A stretch of DNA of 64,000 nt from Parasitella parasitica NRRL 2501 (taxonomy: Eukaryota > Fungi > Mucoromycota). The stretch spans positions 64,767 through 128,766 of the forward strand of contig MU619310.1 of NCBI GenBank assembly GCA_025201805.1, read 5' to 3'. The notes beneath the pieces are model-generated. The model ran no database searches. It was not told the DNA's origin and worked only from the letters and a program-made list of their open reading frames with translations. Shown piece by piece: positions 62,911 to 64,000 of the stretch (its first letter is position 1; every line of letters begins with the position of its first letter). The translations under genes were made by a program, and so were the position numbers.

Positions 62911-64000
62911 ATGTTGGCAAGGTTGGTCAAGCAAAATAATGCACTAATAAAGCAATCCTTTATACACACAAACACTCGCCAACTGCCTCCTCGAATCGCC
63001 TACATGAAGCCAATAGTCTTTGGCGCTGTTTCTTGCACCACAATCTTTTTTACGGCCGCTTGCATCCATGAAAGGGAAAAGGAAACTCTGTGGCAGAAAT
63101 TAAGAAAGCAAGCAGGCAACACTTTACGCGATATTATTACAGATGACAGCCTTCTGTGGTCAGACGTATACGAGGAGAAGAAAAAGCTGTTTAGAGAGTA
63201 CCAGAATCAATTATTGCAGGACTTGCAACATCGATTAGAACGCTACAATGCTCTTCCTGTGCAACTTAAAAAATCGCTGCTGGCAACGGCAGAAACCGTT
63301 TTTTATATGCCCGAATCAGAAAAAACCCTCAGCGCATTAACGTCGATCCATGTCGCCGTATTTATCTGCTGGAGAATCCCTGCTTTACAAAAATACATGA
63401 TGAAATATTTTGTGCACAGCCCAGCAAGTGGACGTCAAATGACACTGCTGACGAGCTGCTTCTCTCAGCGGACTTTGGTTCATTTAACTGTCAACATGGT
63501 AGGATTATGGTCTCTTGGCCCTGTGTTGCATGACATTTTGGGCAGGGAGCAATTTGTGGCATTGTACTTGTCGTTGGGTGTCGGAGCCAATGTACTGTCG
63601 CATCAACTGCAGCTGCTTCAAAGACATGCAAGGCCAATGATGCCGAGTATGGGCACAAGCGGCGCACTTTATGGTCTATTGACGAGTACAGCCTACCTGT
63701 ATCCTGATTCGATAGCATTCATTGTCTGTCTACCTTGGATGCCGTTTAAAATCAGGTATGTGTGTACAATCTCTCAAGGTCGGCGTCTCTAAAATTACAA
63801 TTTAGCTACGCAGTCCCAGCCCTTTTAGCTGTTGATGTTGCAGGAATTTTGATGCGCTGGCGCATGTTTGATCATTTTGTATGGTTTTTTATTCTAAACG
63901 TTAAAGAAAAACGCAAAAGCATGACTAACTCTGTGAACATACTCATACACAATAGGCTCATGTCGGTGGTGCTGCTTTGGGCATTGCTTACATGCAGTTT
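62911..64000 (+). CDS. Mitochondrial rhomboid protease (PARL/Pcp1-like), runs off the window end
   Basis: Presequence, HLTVNM, catalytic GTSG, and a later exon DHF/AHVGGA carrying the catalytic His. Confidence 0.85.

Overview
Eukaryotic fungal DNA, very probably Mucorales. This is inferred from short GT-AG introns, an AT-rich composition and the transposon families present. About 17 host genes are recognisable: an atypical cytochrome P450, an alpha/beta-hydrolase, a PPR protein, SER1, a PAS kinase, a TMEM70-like protein, SEC23, a BIM1/X325-like copper protein, a ferric reductase, a Slm1-like BAR-PH protein, an MBOAT, GPI13, RPB5, a GH18 chitinase, URC4, DHR1, ESF2 and a PARL-type rhomboid. 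Two accessory islands interrupt them. Island 1 (~2.5-9.5 kb) holds a Tc1 relic, a 194-bp tandem duplication, an intact 6-exon PD-(D/E)xK-like nuclease gene and a decayed L1-like LINE. Island 2 (~26-38.8 kb) is a quasi-mirror-symmetric nest. Serine-recombinase-like, Helitron and DIRS relics and two apparently identical inverted 1.1-kb Tc1/IS630 arms enclose a 125-bp tandem repeat and a second intact, spliced PD-(D/E)xK nuclease gene. The best candidate for an undescribed system is the module seen in both islands: a tandem non-coding duplication followed by an intact restriction-endonuclease-fold gene among mostly dead transposons. All family assignments come from motif recognition only; no searches were run. 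Three N gaps and several long homopolymers limit certainty.
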